Counted from the stretch's first letter, positions 19,895-29,067 are shown. The stretch is 64,000 nucleotides of DNA from Candidatus Heimdallarchaeota archaeon (GCA_030668825.1 DAOVET010000003.1:1-64000); one strand, 5' to 3'. The notes: generated by a model from the letters alone, not told the origin. Program-made: numbers and translations.

Positions 19895-20215
19895 GTGGTA
19901 GGTACAATGAGCGTTGAGTTTCTAAAAATAATAAGAAAAACAGAAAGAGATTGTGAAGAAAAAATCAAACAAACAGAAGTATCCAAACAAAATGCTATTT
20001 TAGAAGCAGAAAAAACTTCTGTATTAAAGGTTCGAGATGCGGAAATTCAAGCTAAAGAGGAAGCTGAAAAAATTCTTTCTGGTGCTGAAGATAGAGTTGA
20101 AAAAGAATTTGTCTCAATGAATAAGAAATTTGAAGAAAATCAAAATAAATTCAATGAAAAGGCAAAACAAGTTGAGAAAAAAGCTATTGAGGTAGTTCTC
20201 TCTGAAGTTTTATAG
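19895..20215 (+). CDS. A/V-type ATP synthase peripheral stalk subunit H(G)
   Basis: Long charged coiled coil (IRKTE...A..EAEKIL...A...V); directly upstream of subunit F. Confidence 0.75.
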   Translation: MVGTMSVEFLKIIRKTERDCEEKIKQTEVSKQNAILEAEKTSVLKVRDAEIQAKEEAEKILSGAEDRVEKEFVSMNKKFEENQNKFNEKAKQVEKKAIEVVLSEVL

Positions 20216-20226
20216 TTCGATATTAT

Positions 20227-20565
20227 GTGATTTACATGAGTTCTCCAATAAGAAACAAAATTGTAAGCATTGGTGATGAAGAAACATCATTGGGTTTCAA
20301 ATTATCTGGAATATCCCAAGTTTTTACGGAAGAACCCGAAAAAGCAGGATCACTTTTGAGAACGTTATCTGATGATCCTGAAATTGCTATTCTTATTATC
20401 ACCGAGGAAGTAGCAAAAGCAAATGAAGCTATTTTAAGGAGAATAAAACTCAATCCCTATCCAGTTATTGTTGAAGTCCCAGGTAAGAAAGCACAGTATG
20501 AAGGTGCTGAAGATAAGGTGCGAGCCTTAATCAAAATGGCTTTAGGTATCGATATTGAGATGTAA
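20227..20565 (+). CDS. atpF: A/V-type ATP synthase subunit F
   Basis: IGDEETSLGFKLSGI, IAILIITE, PVIVEVP, IKMALGI. Confidence 0.93.
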   Translation: MIYMSSPIRNKIVSIGDEETSLGFKLSGISQVFTEEPEKAGSLLRTLSDDPEIAILIITEEVAKANEAILRRIKLNPYPVIVEVPGKKAQYEGAEDKVRALIKMALGIDIEM

Positions 20566-20618
20566 ATGAGAAAAGTCTTTAAGATTGTTCTCTCTTCTTT
20601 CTGTTGGAGAATATTACA

Positions 20619-20885
20619 ATGAATGATAAAATAATTGGTTTGGTGATGATTTTTGGTTCACTGTCAATTATTGGATTTCTTTTATTTTGGACAATCATAA
20701 TGCCCATAATCTGGGAAGATCGCCTTTTTGATGCTTATCTTGGTTTAGCTATTACTGTCTTCGTTATTATTGCCACAGCATTACTTTTTATAGCATGGGT
20801 TGGGCGGATTTTTCTGAAAAACAGAGCACCCAAAGAAGGGGTGTTAGATGAACAAATAGAAGAATATAAAAAAACAAATGATTAG
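20619..20885 (+). CDS. Small two-TM membrane protein, DPM2-like
   Basis: Two hydrophobic helices with D..IG......SL.I......W.I.MP.I; charged C-terminal tail; start refined to ATG 20619. Confidence 0.6.
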   Translation: MNDKIIGLVMIFGSLSIIGFLLFWTIIMPIIWEDRLFDAYLGLAITVFVIIATALLFIAWVGRIFLKNRAPKEGVLDEQIEEYKKTND

Positions 20886-20900
20886 ATAAACGTGATTAAA

Positions 20901-21272
20901 ATGAGTGGAAGAAGACCTATGTCTCCTCGAGATGCAAAAAGAATGCAAGCAAGGATGAGACAAATTGAACTAGAAGGAGTTGAAGAGGTCATTATACGTT
21001 TCGCTGATAAGGAAACGGTGATTTACAGTCCAACAGTTATGAAAGCCTTTATTCCTGGTATGATGGAATCAGATACATTTCAAATAGTAGGACCAGGAAC
21101 AGATAGACCTAGGGGTACTGGAGAAGGTGTAGCAGCGGGAGTTAATTTCACTGATTCAGATGTTGAATTAGTAATGGCTCAAGCAGGTGTTTCTGAAGAA
21201 AAAGCACGAAAAGCACTTGAAGAAGAAAATGGAGACTTAGCTGGAGCTATAGTCCGATTAAAAACAAAATAG
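20901..21272 (+). CDS. nac: Nascent polypeptide-associated complex protein
   Basis: VEEVIIR, FQIVG, UBA-like DVELVMAQAGVS.EKARKALEE.NGDLAGAI. Confidence 0.95.
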   Translation: MSGRRPMSPRDAKRMQARMRQIELEGVEEVIIRFADKETVIYSPTVMKAFIPGMMESDTFQIVGPGTDRPRGTGEGVAAGVNFTDSDVELVMAQAGVSEEKARKALEEENGDLAGAIVRLKTK

Positions 21273-21276
21273 TAAG

Positions 21277-21762
21277 TTATTTCCTTTTTCCTATTCCTTT
21301 TCTGGTAGAAACCGCAACTCCAGATTTCATTTCTTTAATTAGTTTTCCAGGAATTTTTGCAGTACCAATACCTAGAAAGTTTCCCTTCTGATTTGTGATA
21401 ATAACCTCATCTTTAGCAGAAATATCATCATCAACATCTACAACATGTTTAGAGAAAACAGTTTTACCATCTCTTACAAAGGGTTCGGCATCGTCATTTA
21501 CAATAACTTTGAAACCAAAATTGTTTTTGTGGAGTATTTCACCTCCTAGAATAGAGGGAACCAAAAATCCATCACGTACGCGAAAAGAGCAGATTCTTTC
21601 ATTATTCCTGTAGATATACCTGATTCTGTTAGTACCTCTTGATCTTTCAACCAGTGTATCTTCTGTGAACAATATATCTCCTGATCCTTTTCCAAATTGA
21701 AAATCAGCTATACTCTGAATCTGTCTCAAATCAAAAGGAGTAGGTTTTTCTAATTTTTGCAT
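21277..21762 (-). CDS. PUA-domain RNA-binding protein (archaeal TGT C-terminal-like)
   Basis: IADFQFG, SRGTNRIR, PFVRDGKTVFSKHV..D, DEV, G.AV..R. Confidence 0.88.
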   Translation of the reverse strand: MQKLEKPTPFDLRQIQSIADFQFGKGSGDILFTEDTLVERSRGTNRIRYIYRNNERICSFRVRDGFLVPSILGGEILHKNNFGFKVIVNDDAEPFVRDGKTVFSKHVVDVDDDISAKDEVIITNQKGNFLGIGTAKIPGKLIKEMKSGVAVSTRKGIGKRK

Positions 21763-21822
21763 ACATTGAAAATCTAACCTTACAGATAATAAGAATTATC
21801 ATAATTAAGAGAATCGAAATTA

Positions 21823-22188
21823 CTAGTTTTTGCTTATTTCTTGAGCTTCATTAAATGAAATAGCAACTTGATTCCAGTCCTTTAACATTGCTTCAAGAAA
21901 TACTTCTCCCTTCTCGGATAATTGAAAATATCTTCTAGTTCTTCCATCGAAAATTTCATTTCTAACTGAAACCAAACTTCTCTCCTTTAACCTAGTTAAG
22001 ATGTTATATATTGTTCCATCTGCTAAAGGAGGATCGGTTTGAGGTAATAATGAACGAATCAGCTGTAAAATGTCCCACCCATATCTCTCTTTCTGTAAAA
22101 GAACAAGGATGAGCAACTCAAGAACACCCCTTGAAAGTTGAGCTCTCCATTTTTTTAGTATTTCTTGAATTTGCTCATCGACAGACAT
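21823..22188 (-). CDS. PadR-family transcriptional regulator
   Basis: QLSRGVLELLIL.LL...RYGWDI, GTIYNILTRL, RRYFQLSEKG, W; start refined to ATG 22188. Confidence 0.92.
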   Translation of the reverse strand: MSVDEQIQEILKKWRAQLSRGVLELLILVLLQKERYGWDILQLIRSLLPQTDPPLADGTIYNILTRLKERSLVSVRNEIFDGRTRRYFQLSEKGEVFLEAMLKDWNQVAISFNEAQEISKN

Positions 22189-22189
22189 T

Positions 22190-23917
22190 TTAGGTTTGCT
22201 CCTTTGGTTCGCTTTTATTTTTTGTAATATGTTTTTTAAGTGTCGGTTCTTCCCAACAGAAGAAGATAGAGAGATAACACACACAAATTATCATAATTTC
22301 CAACCAGGAAGGGAACCAAGGAACTGGAGATACCCATTTAACATCGTAGAATGGTAGAATTCCACCGAAAGTACTAATGTTAAATTCAGTGTGCACCTTT
22401 AGCAATCCGGAATTTTCTACTTCAAATGTGAAGTAGTTTATAGATATTTCCCCATTTGATATTTTATACATTAATGTAGAGAAATTTCCAAAGGTGCCAC
22501 TATAGATAGGACCATAGTCAAATTGAACTGACCAGTTTCCCTCCAGTACGAAATATTCCTCTTCGTAGTGTCTAGTTAGATTCATATTTGTGTAAATCGA
22601 GAAGTAAATGGTACCTTCTGCTGGAATTTTGTAAGTTGAATCAGAGACTAAAATCTCACCATATGGCTCTGGAGGAATTCGGGAATAATGATGACCAGAG
22701 GCTACAAAAGTATATTGTGGTTGAGATCCTAGAGTTGCTAATCCAACAATACTTAATAAGACAAGAGATTGAAGTAGCTTCTTCTTATTAGGAATTTTAA
22801 ATATTGGAAAAAATCTTTCCTTTCGTTTTCTTATAATAACTATACAAATAATAGTCCATAGAATTGCCATCACAATCGAGATTATAATATGGCTTTTACC
22901 ACCTCTTACTAGATTGCTGAATTTTAATTTAATCCCAAATATTATTTGATATCCTGATTCTGAGATGGTTCCTACTACTATATAATGCTTCAATCGCATA
23001 CTCAAAATTATCACTTGAGTTGAAATGGCTAAGGTACCAATAATCCATGTTTCACCAGTAATTCTACCAAGAAGCAACATGCTTATTCCAAGAAAAAGTA
23101 CTAAAGTTCCAATCCCTGGATTTGGGATAGTAAAACTAGTAAGTACGAAGAAGATGAAAACTGTCTTTAAATTATCGATTAAATATTTCTTTTTCACAGT
23201 TTTTTGTTTTGTTTCCCTATGTTTCTTCGTATAGAATAATGTTGTTGTAATCAGAAAAACGCCCAGTAATACCCAACGGATTAATCCCTCTACAATTAGA
23301 AATCCCATACCTTGTTTCCACATGTCAGCAATCACTTGTGTGAAAATTGTATATGGTAGAATAAATTGTACAACCCAAATAAGAAAAATAAACCAATATA
23401 ATACTAAAATACCTTTTTTTGCATTTTCTCTAATATCATATTTAGAAAATCGATTCTTAATCTGTTGGTAAATGATCCATAAAAACATATTTAATCCAAA
23501 TAAAGTTCCAACAAAACCAGTACCCATATTAGCTACAGAAACACCCAAGAATATGGCAGAACCTCCTATAAGCATTAAAAAATATGGGAATAAGAATAAA
23601 CTTGCTAAACCTAGAGAGATTATTGCAATGAAACTGATAACTATAAGTGAAGTATAGACTATTTGACCAAAGGATGCCTCTTTTGAATAATCTAACATAT
23701 TGTTATCGCAAAACTGTTTGACTGAACCAAAACTTTGTTCTATTTCTTCTAGACTGCTCAATTCATTTTCAGGAATGTATTCAGTTAAACTAATTGCTAC
23801 CTCATCTAGCACTGATTTAATTTGACTATTTGAAATTCCTCTTCTAATAAGCTCAATAGATAGCTTACTTAGATATTTTTTCCTGATTTTTTCAGAGTTA
23901 TTTATCCTTTTGGACAT
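22190..23917 (-). CDS. Polytopic membrane protein with N-terminal HAAS-like domain and C-terminal beta-rich, probably extracellular domain
   Basis: YLSKLSIEL...VLDEV...L.E...EIEQSFGS.KQF; about 10 hydrophobic segments; 1 bp from the padR start. Confidence 0.7.
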   Translation of the reverse strand: MSKRINNSEKIRKKYLSKLSIELIRRGISNSQIKSVLDEVAISLTEYIPENELSSLEEIEQSFGSVKQFCDNNMLDYSKEASFGQIVYTSLIVISFIAIISLGLASLFLFPYFLMLIGGSAIFLGVSVANMGTGFVGTLFGLNMFLWIIYQQIKNRFSKYDIRENAKKGILVLYWFIFLIWVVQFILPYTIFTQVIADMWKQGMGFLIVEGLIRWVLLGVFLITTTLFYTKKHRETKQKTVKKKYLIDNLKTVFIFFVLTSFTIPNPGIGTLVLFLGISMLLLGRITGETWIIGTLAISTQVIILSMRLKHYIVVGTISESGYQIIFGIKLKFSNLVRGGKSHIIISIVMAILWTIICIVIIRKRKERFFPIFKIPNKKKLLQSLVLLSIVGLATLGSQPQYTFVASGHHYSRIPPEPYGEILVSDSTYKIPAEGTIYFSIYTNMNLTRHYEEEYFVLEGNWSVQFDYGPIYSGTFGNFSTLMYKISNGEISINYFTFEVENSGLLKVHTEFNISTFGGILPFYDVKWVSPVPWFPSWLEIMIICVCYLSIFFCWEEPTLKKHITKNKSEPKEQT

Positions 23918-23953
23918 GATATTATCGATCCTTGCAGTGTGATACTCTAACTA

Positions 23954-23983
23954 TACTATTTAGTAAAAGGTATATATAACTTT
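23954..23983 (-). promoter_or_regulatory. Candidate TATA box with an adjacent palindromic operator for the HAAS-padR operon
   Basis: Minus-strand AAAGTTATATATA (TATA at about 23971-23979) followed by inverted repeat TACTA-TT-TAGTA (23954-23965). Confidence 0.35.
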
Positions 23984-24041
23984 TTCGACTTAATTGTAAT
24001 AATGATAACAATATCATAAATATCAAAAGAGCTCAAAACGA

Positions 24042-24902
24042 TTATTTCTGAACAAAGCAATCAAAACAATAGTGAATTAATCTTGGTGAAAATTTCTTTA
24101 TTTGTCTCTTTTCTTTTATACTAAATTCACATTTTAGAGATTTGATTTGTGATGTAACTGCTTTTACTGCATCTTCAATTTTTCCTCTTTGGATAATTGT
24201 ATGGTAGTGGATCCATCCTTCTTTATTAATGGCATTCACAGCTCTAAAGAGCTGCTTGGTATCACTTTCAAAATAACCCATTAAAACTCTTGAAGCGATA
24301 TCTTTGGGAGTTTTATCTCTATTGTCACCAAGGATTGGGAAATATTTATCCTTAATTTTGTTTTCCTCAATATTTCTCTCAAGGAAACTGTAAGCTTCTA
24401 CATTCATCTCTATACCATAGCATTTGACTGTGGAATTATTCTTGACAATCGGAAGAGATAGGTTTCCAGCACAAGCAAACATATCCACAATTATTTCATT
24501 ATTCTTTACTGTGTTAATGAGATATCCCCTTTCTCCTTTATTCCCCGGAGAGAAAGTAATCTTCGCAACATCGATGTTGAAAATAGTGCTATACTCCTTG
24601 TGTTTAGTAGTAGTTCTCTTTTCCCCAGCAAGGTGGATGATTTGAGGTTTACGATAATTTGAATCAGTTGAAAACTGCTCTATAACCACATTAACTTGTG
24701 GATCTATATCAATAACGATATTTCCTATGTCTTGCTTGTAATAATTCAATTCTTGATCAATGTGTCTGAAAATTGCTATATCTCCAATAATGGAGTATCC
24801 TGAAGGCAGCTTATTCAGTAGTTCACCATCAAGTTTGTCTTCTAACAAAGTTTGCAGTTGTTTCTTTAGTTTCATTAAATCTAAAATATCTTTCAACACC
24901 AA
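24042..24902 (-). CDS. Trm5/Taw2 (Met-10+) family SAM-dependent tRNA-37 modification enzyme
   Basis: LPSGYSIIGDIAI, HKEY...F..D..K..FSPGN..ER, DMFACAG, GDNR, RVLMGY, IHYH. Confidence 0.85.
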   Translation of the reverse strand: MVLKDILDLMKLKKQLQTLLEDKLDGELLNKLPSGYSIIGDIAIFRHIDQELNYYKQDIGNIVIDIDPQVNVVIEQFSTDSNYRKPQIIHLAGEKRTTTKHKEYSTIFNIDVAKITFSPGNKGERGYLINTVKNNEIIVDMFACAGNLSLPIVKNNSTVKCYGIEMNVEAYSFLERNIEENKIKDKYFPILGDNRDKTPKDIASRVLMGYFESDTKQLFRAVNAINKEGWIHYHTIIQRGKIEDAVKAVTSQIKSLKCEFSIKEKRQIKKFSPRLIHYCFDCFVQK

Positions 24903-24939
24903 TTTTTAATATTATCTCCCTTTCACTATTACTAGGAAA

Positions 24940-25482
24940 ATGGTTATCGTTGCTAAACTCCATGATGAATACGCTTTGATAAATGATAAAGAAGGTAATT
25001 CTATCTATAGTCAAGGTTGGTTTGGAAAACATACTAAATCTGGTAATGTTAAGCTCAGTCCATATGAGACTGTTCTATTATTAGAAAGGAAAAAAATTGA
25101 TGTAATAAGCGAAAGCGAAGCTTCTTTACCTTTATCAGATGTAGTAGCATATTTTTCAAACAAAATTCCAGATTTTTTGGTTCGTTTTTTGCTATACAAG
25201 GACCTAAGAAACAGAGGTTATGTAGTAAAAGAACACACTGAAACTGGAAAATACTTTGAGTTATATGAGAGAGGAGCAACACCAAACAATGCTAAACATT
25301 TGGCATTAGTTGTTACAATGGTAGAAGGTGTACTGTTTGATATTGACGATATTGATCAAATTGTTTCACAGGCAAAAGAAATCAGTAAGCAGTTAATTTT
25401 CGCCGTTATAGATAGTTTAGGAGATGTTTCTTACTATAGTGTAAGTGAATTAGAATTCACAAAAATAGATATAGAAGGTTAA
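24940..25482 (+). CDS. endA: tRNA-splicing endonuclease subunit, probably structural (beta) type
   Basis: LSPYETVLL, YKDLRNRGYVVK, YERG, IFAVIDSLGDVSYY; lacks the G.K(F/Y)G.DF, PG..H and A..VRK catalytic motifs. Confidence 0.82.
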   Translation: MVIVAKLHDEYALINDKEGNSIYSQGWFGKHTKSGNVKLSPYETVLLLERKKIDVISESEASLPLSDVVAYFSNKIPDFLVRFLLYKDLRNRGYVVKEHTETGKYFELYERGATPNNAKHLALVVTMVEGVLFDIDDIDQIVSQAKEISKQLIFAVIDSLGDVSYYSVSELEFTKIDIEG

Positions 25483-25491
25483 GGTTTTATT

Positions 25492-27303
25492 ATGCATTAT
25501 GTCCCAGATACTTCAACAATAATCAATGGTCAGTTTCTAAAATATCTTGCTGAAAAAGAAGATATTGAATCAATCGTTCTTTCTCGCGTTGTAATAGCTG
25601 AAATTGAAAATATGGCAAATCAGGCTAAAACAGCAGGTATGACAGCTTTAGAAGAATTACAACGTATGAGAGATTTTTGTGCAAAACAAGGTATAAACAT
25701 GATTATTGATGGTCAAAGACCAACATATAACCAAATTAGAGGGGCATCAATAGGTGAGTTGGATGCTCAAATTAGAGAACTAGCAGCTGAATATGATGCC
25801 ATTCTAATAACTTCTGACCGTGTAATGGCAGAGATAGGAAAAGCTGAAGGATTAGCAGTTGTTTTCATGAAAGAGGAAACAAAAAGTTTGGGAAAGAAAG
25901 TTGAAGATTATTTTGATGAACAAACTATGTCTATACATCTAAGAGAAAACAACTTACCTCTAGCAAAAAAAGGACTTCCTGGTAATTTTCAATTAATACC
26001 TCTTCAAGGAGAACCCATTTTAACTCGCGAGACATTAGATGAACTAGCAAAAGACGTAATTGAAAGAGCTTCTAGAGAAAAAGATAGTTTTATAGAATCT
26101 GACCGACATGGAACAACAGTAATCCAGCTGAAAAATACTAGAATTGTCATACTTCGACCCCCCTTCAGTGATGCGATGGAAATTACTGCTGTTAGACCAA
26201 TTGTAAAACTAACCTTAGGGGACTATAAAATTGATTCAAAGCTCCTTGAAAGGATAGAAACGCAAGCTGAAGGAATAATTATTGCAGGTCCACCTGGTGC
26301 TGGAAAAAGTACCTTTGCTACAGCAATGGCTGAATTCTATGCTGATAAAGATAAAATTGTTAAAACTTTTGAAAATCCAAGAGATCTCCAAGTGGACAAC
26401 AGAATAACACAAATGTCCGGTTTTGAAGGAGATATTTCTGCGTCTGCAGATTTGGTTCTTCTAATGAGACCTGACTATGTAATTTATGATGAATTGCGAA
26501 GAACTAAGGATTTCGAAACTTATTCCGATTTACGTTTAGCAGGAGTAGGGTTGCTTGGAGTTGTTCATGCTACTCAAGCTATAGATGGTATTCAAAGATT
26601 TATCAAAAGAGTTGATTTAGGTATTATCCCATCAATTGTTGACACAATTATCTTCATTTCTGAAGGGAAAATATCGAAGGTTTATACACTTGAGCTTACA
26701 GTAACAATGCCAACAGGACTAACTGAACGTGATTTAAGTCGCCCAGTTATTAAGGTTAAAGATTTTCACACAGATAAGGTTGAGTATGAAATTTATACAT
26801 TTGGAGAACAAATTGTTGTTTCACCTCTCATGAAACTAAGTATGAAACACTCTAAAACAGGTAAAACAATCACGGCTAATTCAGCTCAAATACAAAAGGT
26901 TCTCAAGAAATATTCTGTTTATGATTTTACCTATGACTTTGCTCCACCAAATTCTCTTACCCTATTTGTTTCCAATAAAGATAAACCCCGTGTAATTGGA
27001 AAGGATGGGCGTAATATTGATGAAATAGAACAGAAATTGGGATTATCAATAACTGTAAAATCATTTAACGAGCAAGAAGAAATGGAATTTGTCATTGATA
27101 TGTATCCGTCTAAGGGGAAACTTAATCTTGTGTTTCCTAGTGTTTGTATAGGTAAAGATGTTATTCTAGCAGTAAATGGATCACCTTTGACTCAATTAAC
27201 AGTTGGTAAAACTAGTGAAATAAGTGTCGCAAAAAATACAGAAATAGGTAAAATGCTCATGGAAGCTCATCACAAGGGAGATACCATTACAGCTTTATTG
27301 TAA
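25492..27303 (+). CDS. PIN-domain ATPase with KH domain (PINA, Holliday-junction branch migration ATPase family)
   Basis: YVPDTS PIN domain, GPPGAGKST, ENPRDL, RPDY.IYDE, VVHAT, VIGKDG KH loop. Confidence 0.92.
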   Translation: MHYVPDTSTIINGQFLKYLAEKEDIESIVLSRVVIAEIENMANQAKTAGMTALEELQRMRDFCAKQGINMIIDGQRPTYNQIRGASIGELDAQIRELAAEYDAILITSDRVMAEIGKAEGLAVVFMKEETKSLGKKVEDYFDEQTMSIHLRENNLPLAKKGLPGNFQLIPLQGEPILTRETLDELAKDVIERASREKDSFIESDRHGTTVIQLKNTRIVILRPPFSDAMEITAVRPIVKLTLGDYKIDSKLLERIETQAEGIIIAGPPGAGKSTFATAMAEFYADKDKIVKTFENPRDLQVDNRITQMSGFEGDISASADLVLLMRPDYVIYDELRRTKDFETYSDLRLAGVGLLGVVHATQAIDGIQRFIKRVDLGIIPSIVDTIIFISEGKISKVYTLELTVTMPTGLTERDLSRPVIKVKDFHTDKVEYEIYTFGEQIVVSPLMKLSMKHSKTGKTITANSAQIQKVLKKYSVYDFTYDFAPPNSLTLFVSNKDKPRVIGKDGRNIDEIEQKLGLSITVKSFNEQEEMEFVIDMYPSKGKLNLVFPSVCIGKDVILAVNGSPLTQLTVGKTSEISVAKNTEIGKMLMEAHHKGDTITALL

Positions 27304-27304
27304 G

Positions 27305-28021
27305 CTATGAACCCCTCTTTATCAATTTTGCACTATTTTTTTTACCAATAATGATTTTATCTGCATCAGAAGGAAATAGTCCATTTTCAACGATTCCAGC
27401 AATGTTATTCAAGTTCATCTCCATGTTAAACGGATCATATTCTCGTTTGAAGGTTATGTCTCCTATTATGTTACCATTGTCTGTTATAACTGGTCCTTTC
27501 TTTCCTGTACCATATCGAAGTTGAAGTTCTCCTCCTAGATTGAATATGGGTTGAAGAACTGTTATGATTGCCTGTTTTATGATTTCTACAGGAACGGGAT
27601 AGCTTAACAGATCTCTTGGATATTTTGAGCTATCTGCAATTACTAAGAATTCTTGAGAAGCTCTTGCTATTATTTTTTCTAATGTTAAAGCCCCCCCGCC
27701 TCCCTTAATCATAACATAATCTTTAGTAATGATATCTGCACCATCTACATAGATGTTTATCTCAGGATATTCAAGTAACGTTGAAACAGGTAATCCTGCT
27801 TTAACCAATTCAAGATGAGTTTCTGCAGAAGATGGGATAGTGATTATTTCCAATTCGTTTTTATCAACAAGCTCTCCTAATTGTTGAATGAAGTACTTCA
27901 CTGTTGAACCAGTTCCTACTCCTACAACAAATCCATCATAAATGAATTCTTTCGCTGCTTTTTGAGCCGCAAGAAATTTAGATTTTTCTTGATCTGAGAA
28001 TTTCGAATCTTTTGAATTCAT
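27305..28021 (-). CDS. rpiA: Ribose-5-phosphate isomerase A
   Basis: GVGTGST, DGAD, IKGGGGAL..EKI, VITDNGN, GIVENGLF. Confidence 0.96.
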   Translation of the reverse strand: MNSKDSKFSDQEKSKFLAAQKAAKEFIYDGFVVGVGTGSTVKYFIQQLGELVDKNELEIITIPSSAETHLELVKAGLPVSTLLEYPEINIYVDGADIITKDYVMIKGGGGALTLEKIIARASQEFLVIADSSKYPRDLLSYPVPVEIIKQAIITVLQPIFNLGGELQLRYGTGKKGPVITDNGNIIGDITFKREYDPFNMEMNLNNIAGIVENGLFPSDADKIIIGKKNSAKLIKRGS

Positions 28022-28182
28022 TATAAGTCACTTTAAGCTAATTAGAATTGAAACCAATTTAGTGAGAACAAATTAAAACTTTTTTACTATCATCAATTTT
28101 GTAAAATAAAAATAAGAAGAGTAGAAAATATTTCTATTTTCTTTCCTTTTCAGACAAGAATTTTACCATCATGAAGCAAATT

Positions 28183-29067
28183 TTATTGCTGCTCGCTCAT
28201 GAATTTCTTTAATCTGTCTAATTCTTTTAACATCTCTTTTCGAAGAGCTGCTATCGATGTACTCTTAGCAAACAAATCTCCTTCTCCTTCTCCTCCCACT
28301 GGAGCAACTACTGGAGCTGCTGTTACACCTGGTGGTTTTGGAGTTGGAACAGTTGGTGCTGGAATTGAAGGTGTTGTAACTGGTGCACCAGTTGGTATTG
28401 GTGTTGGCATTGGTGGGCTTGGAATTGCTGTAGGCGGTGGTATCTTACCCACACCTGGAGGTGGTGGGGGAGCTGCTTTGCCAGTTACTGGAGGTGCAGC
28501 AGGTGTTGCAACAGCTTTGCCTTTTCTCTTCCTTTTTGGAGGTTTAACGGCTACTGGGGGAGCTGGAGGTGCAGTTACTGGGGTTGTTGAAGGAACATCT
28601 ATCTTCTCTTCACCCTTTATTTTACTCAGATAATCTCCCTGCATCTTCTTTAGTTCCTCTTCAAGTTGAGAAACTTCAGCTTCTCTTGCTGTCTTTTCAA
28701 TCTCATCTTCAATTTTCTTAACATCAGATGCGTATCTTACTGATAGTCTACCGAATACCGATTCACTAATTTCCTTCTTTCTATGTGTATTAGACAAAGC
28801 TTGTTGTGCTGCCTCGAACTTTGTTTTTTCAATTTTAAGAATAGCAATACGTTCTGAAGAAGGAATATCTGAAGGTGTGGGTAGATCTGAATCCATATCT
28901 AAACCAAGGAGAGAAGGGGCTTCTTTCTTTCGGTATACTCTAGTTGTAATGAATACTACAAGAGCACTTAGAAATGTGAAAATAACTAAAAGGTAAATTA
29001 GCATCTTCACTCCTGTGTCAGTTAAACTTGCTGGTGGTAAATTCTCAAACCAATCTATAAGCGACAT
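28183..29067 (-). CDS. Single-pass membrane protein with coiled coil, proline-rich region and C-terminal amphipathic helix
   Basis: TM LIYLLVIFTFLSALVVFIT followed by RVYRKK; coiled coil; PPAPP, PPPPP, IPPP; ends SIAALRKEMLKELDRLKKFMSEQQ. Confidence 0.8.
   Translation of the reverse strand: MSLIDWFENLPPASLTDTGVKMLIYLLVIFTFLSALVVFITTRVYRKKEAPSLLGLDMDSDLPTPSDIPSSERIAILKIEKTKFEAAQQALSNTHRKKEISESVFGRLSVRYASDVKKIEDEIEKTAREAEVSQLEEELKKMQGDYLSKIKGEEKIDVPSTTPVTAPPAPPVAVKPPKRKRKGKAVATPAAPPVTGKAAPPPPPGVGKIPPPTAIPSPPMPTPIPTGAPVTTPSIPAPTVPTPKPPGVTAAPVVAPVGGEGEGDLFAKSTSIAALRKEMLKELDRLKKFMSEQQ

Noticed and set aside
28199-28633. 144-aa Gly-rich ORF on the + strand
   Set aside because: Antisense shadow of the Pro-rich region (CCN codons read as GG-rich); the minus-strand ORF has a coherent domain architecture.
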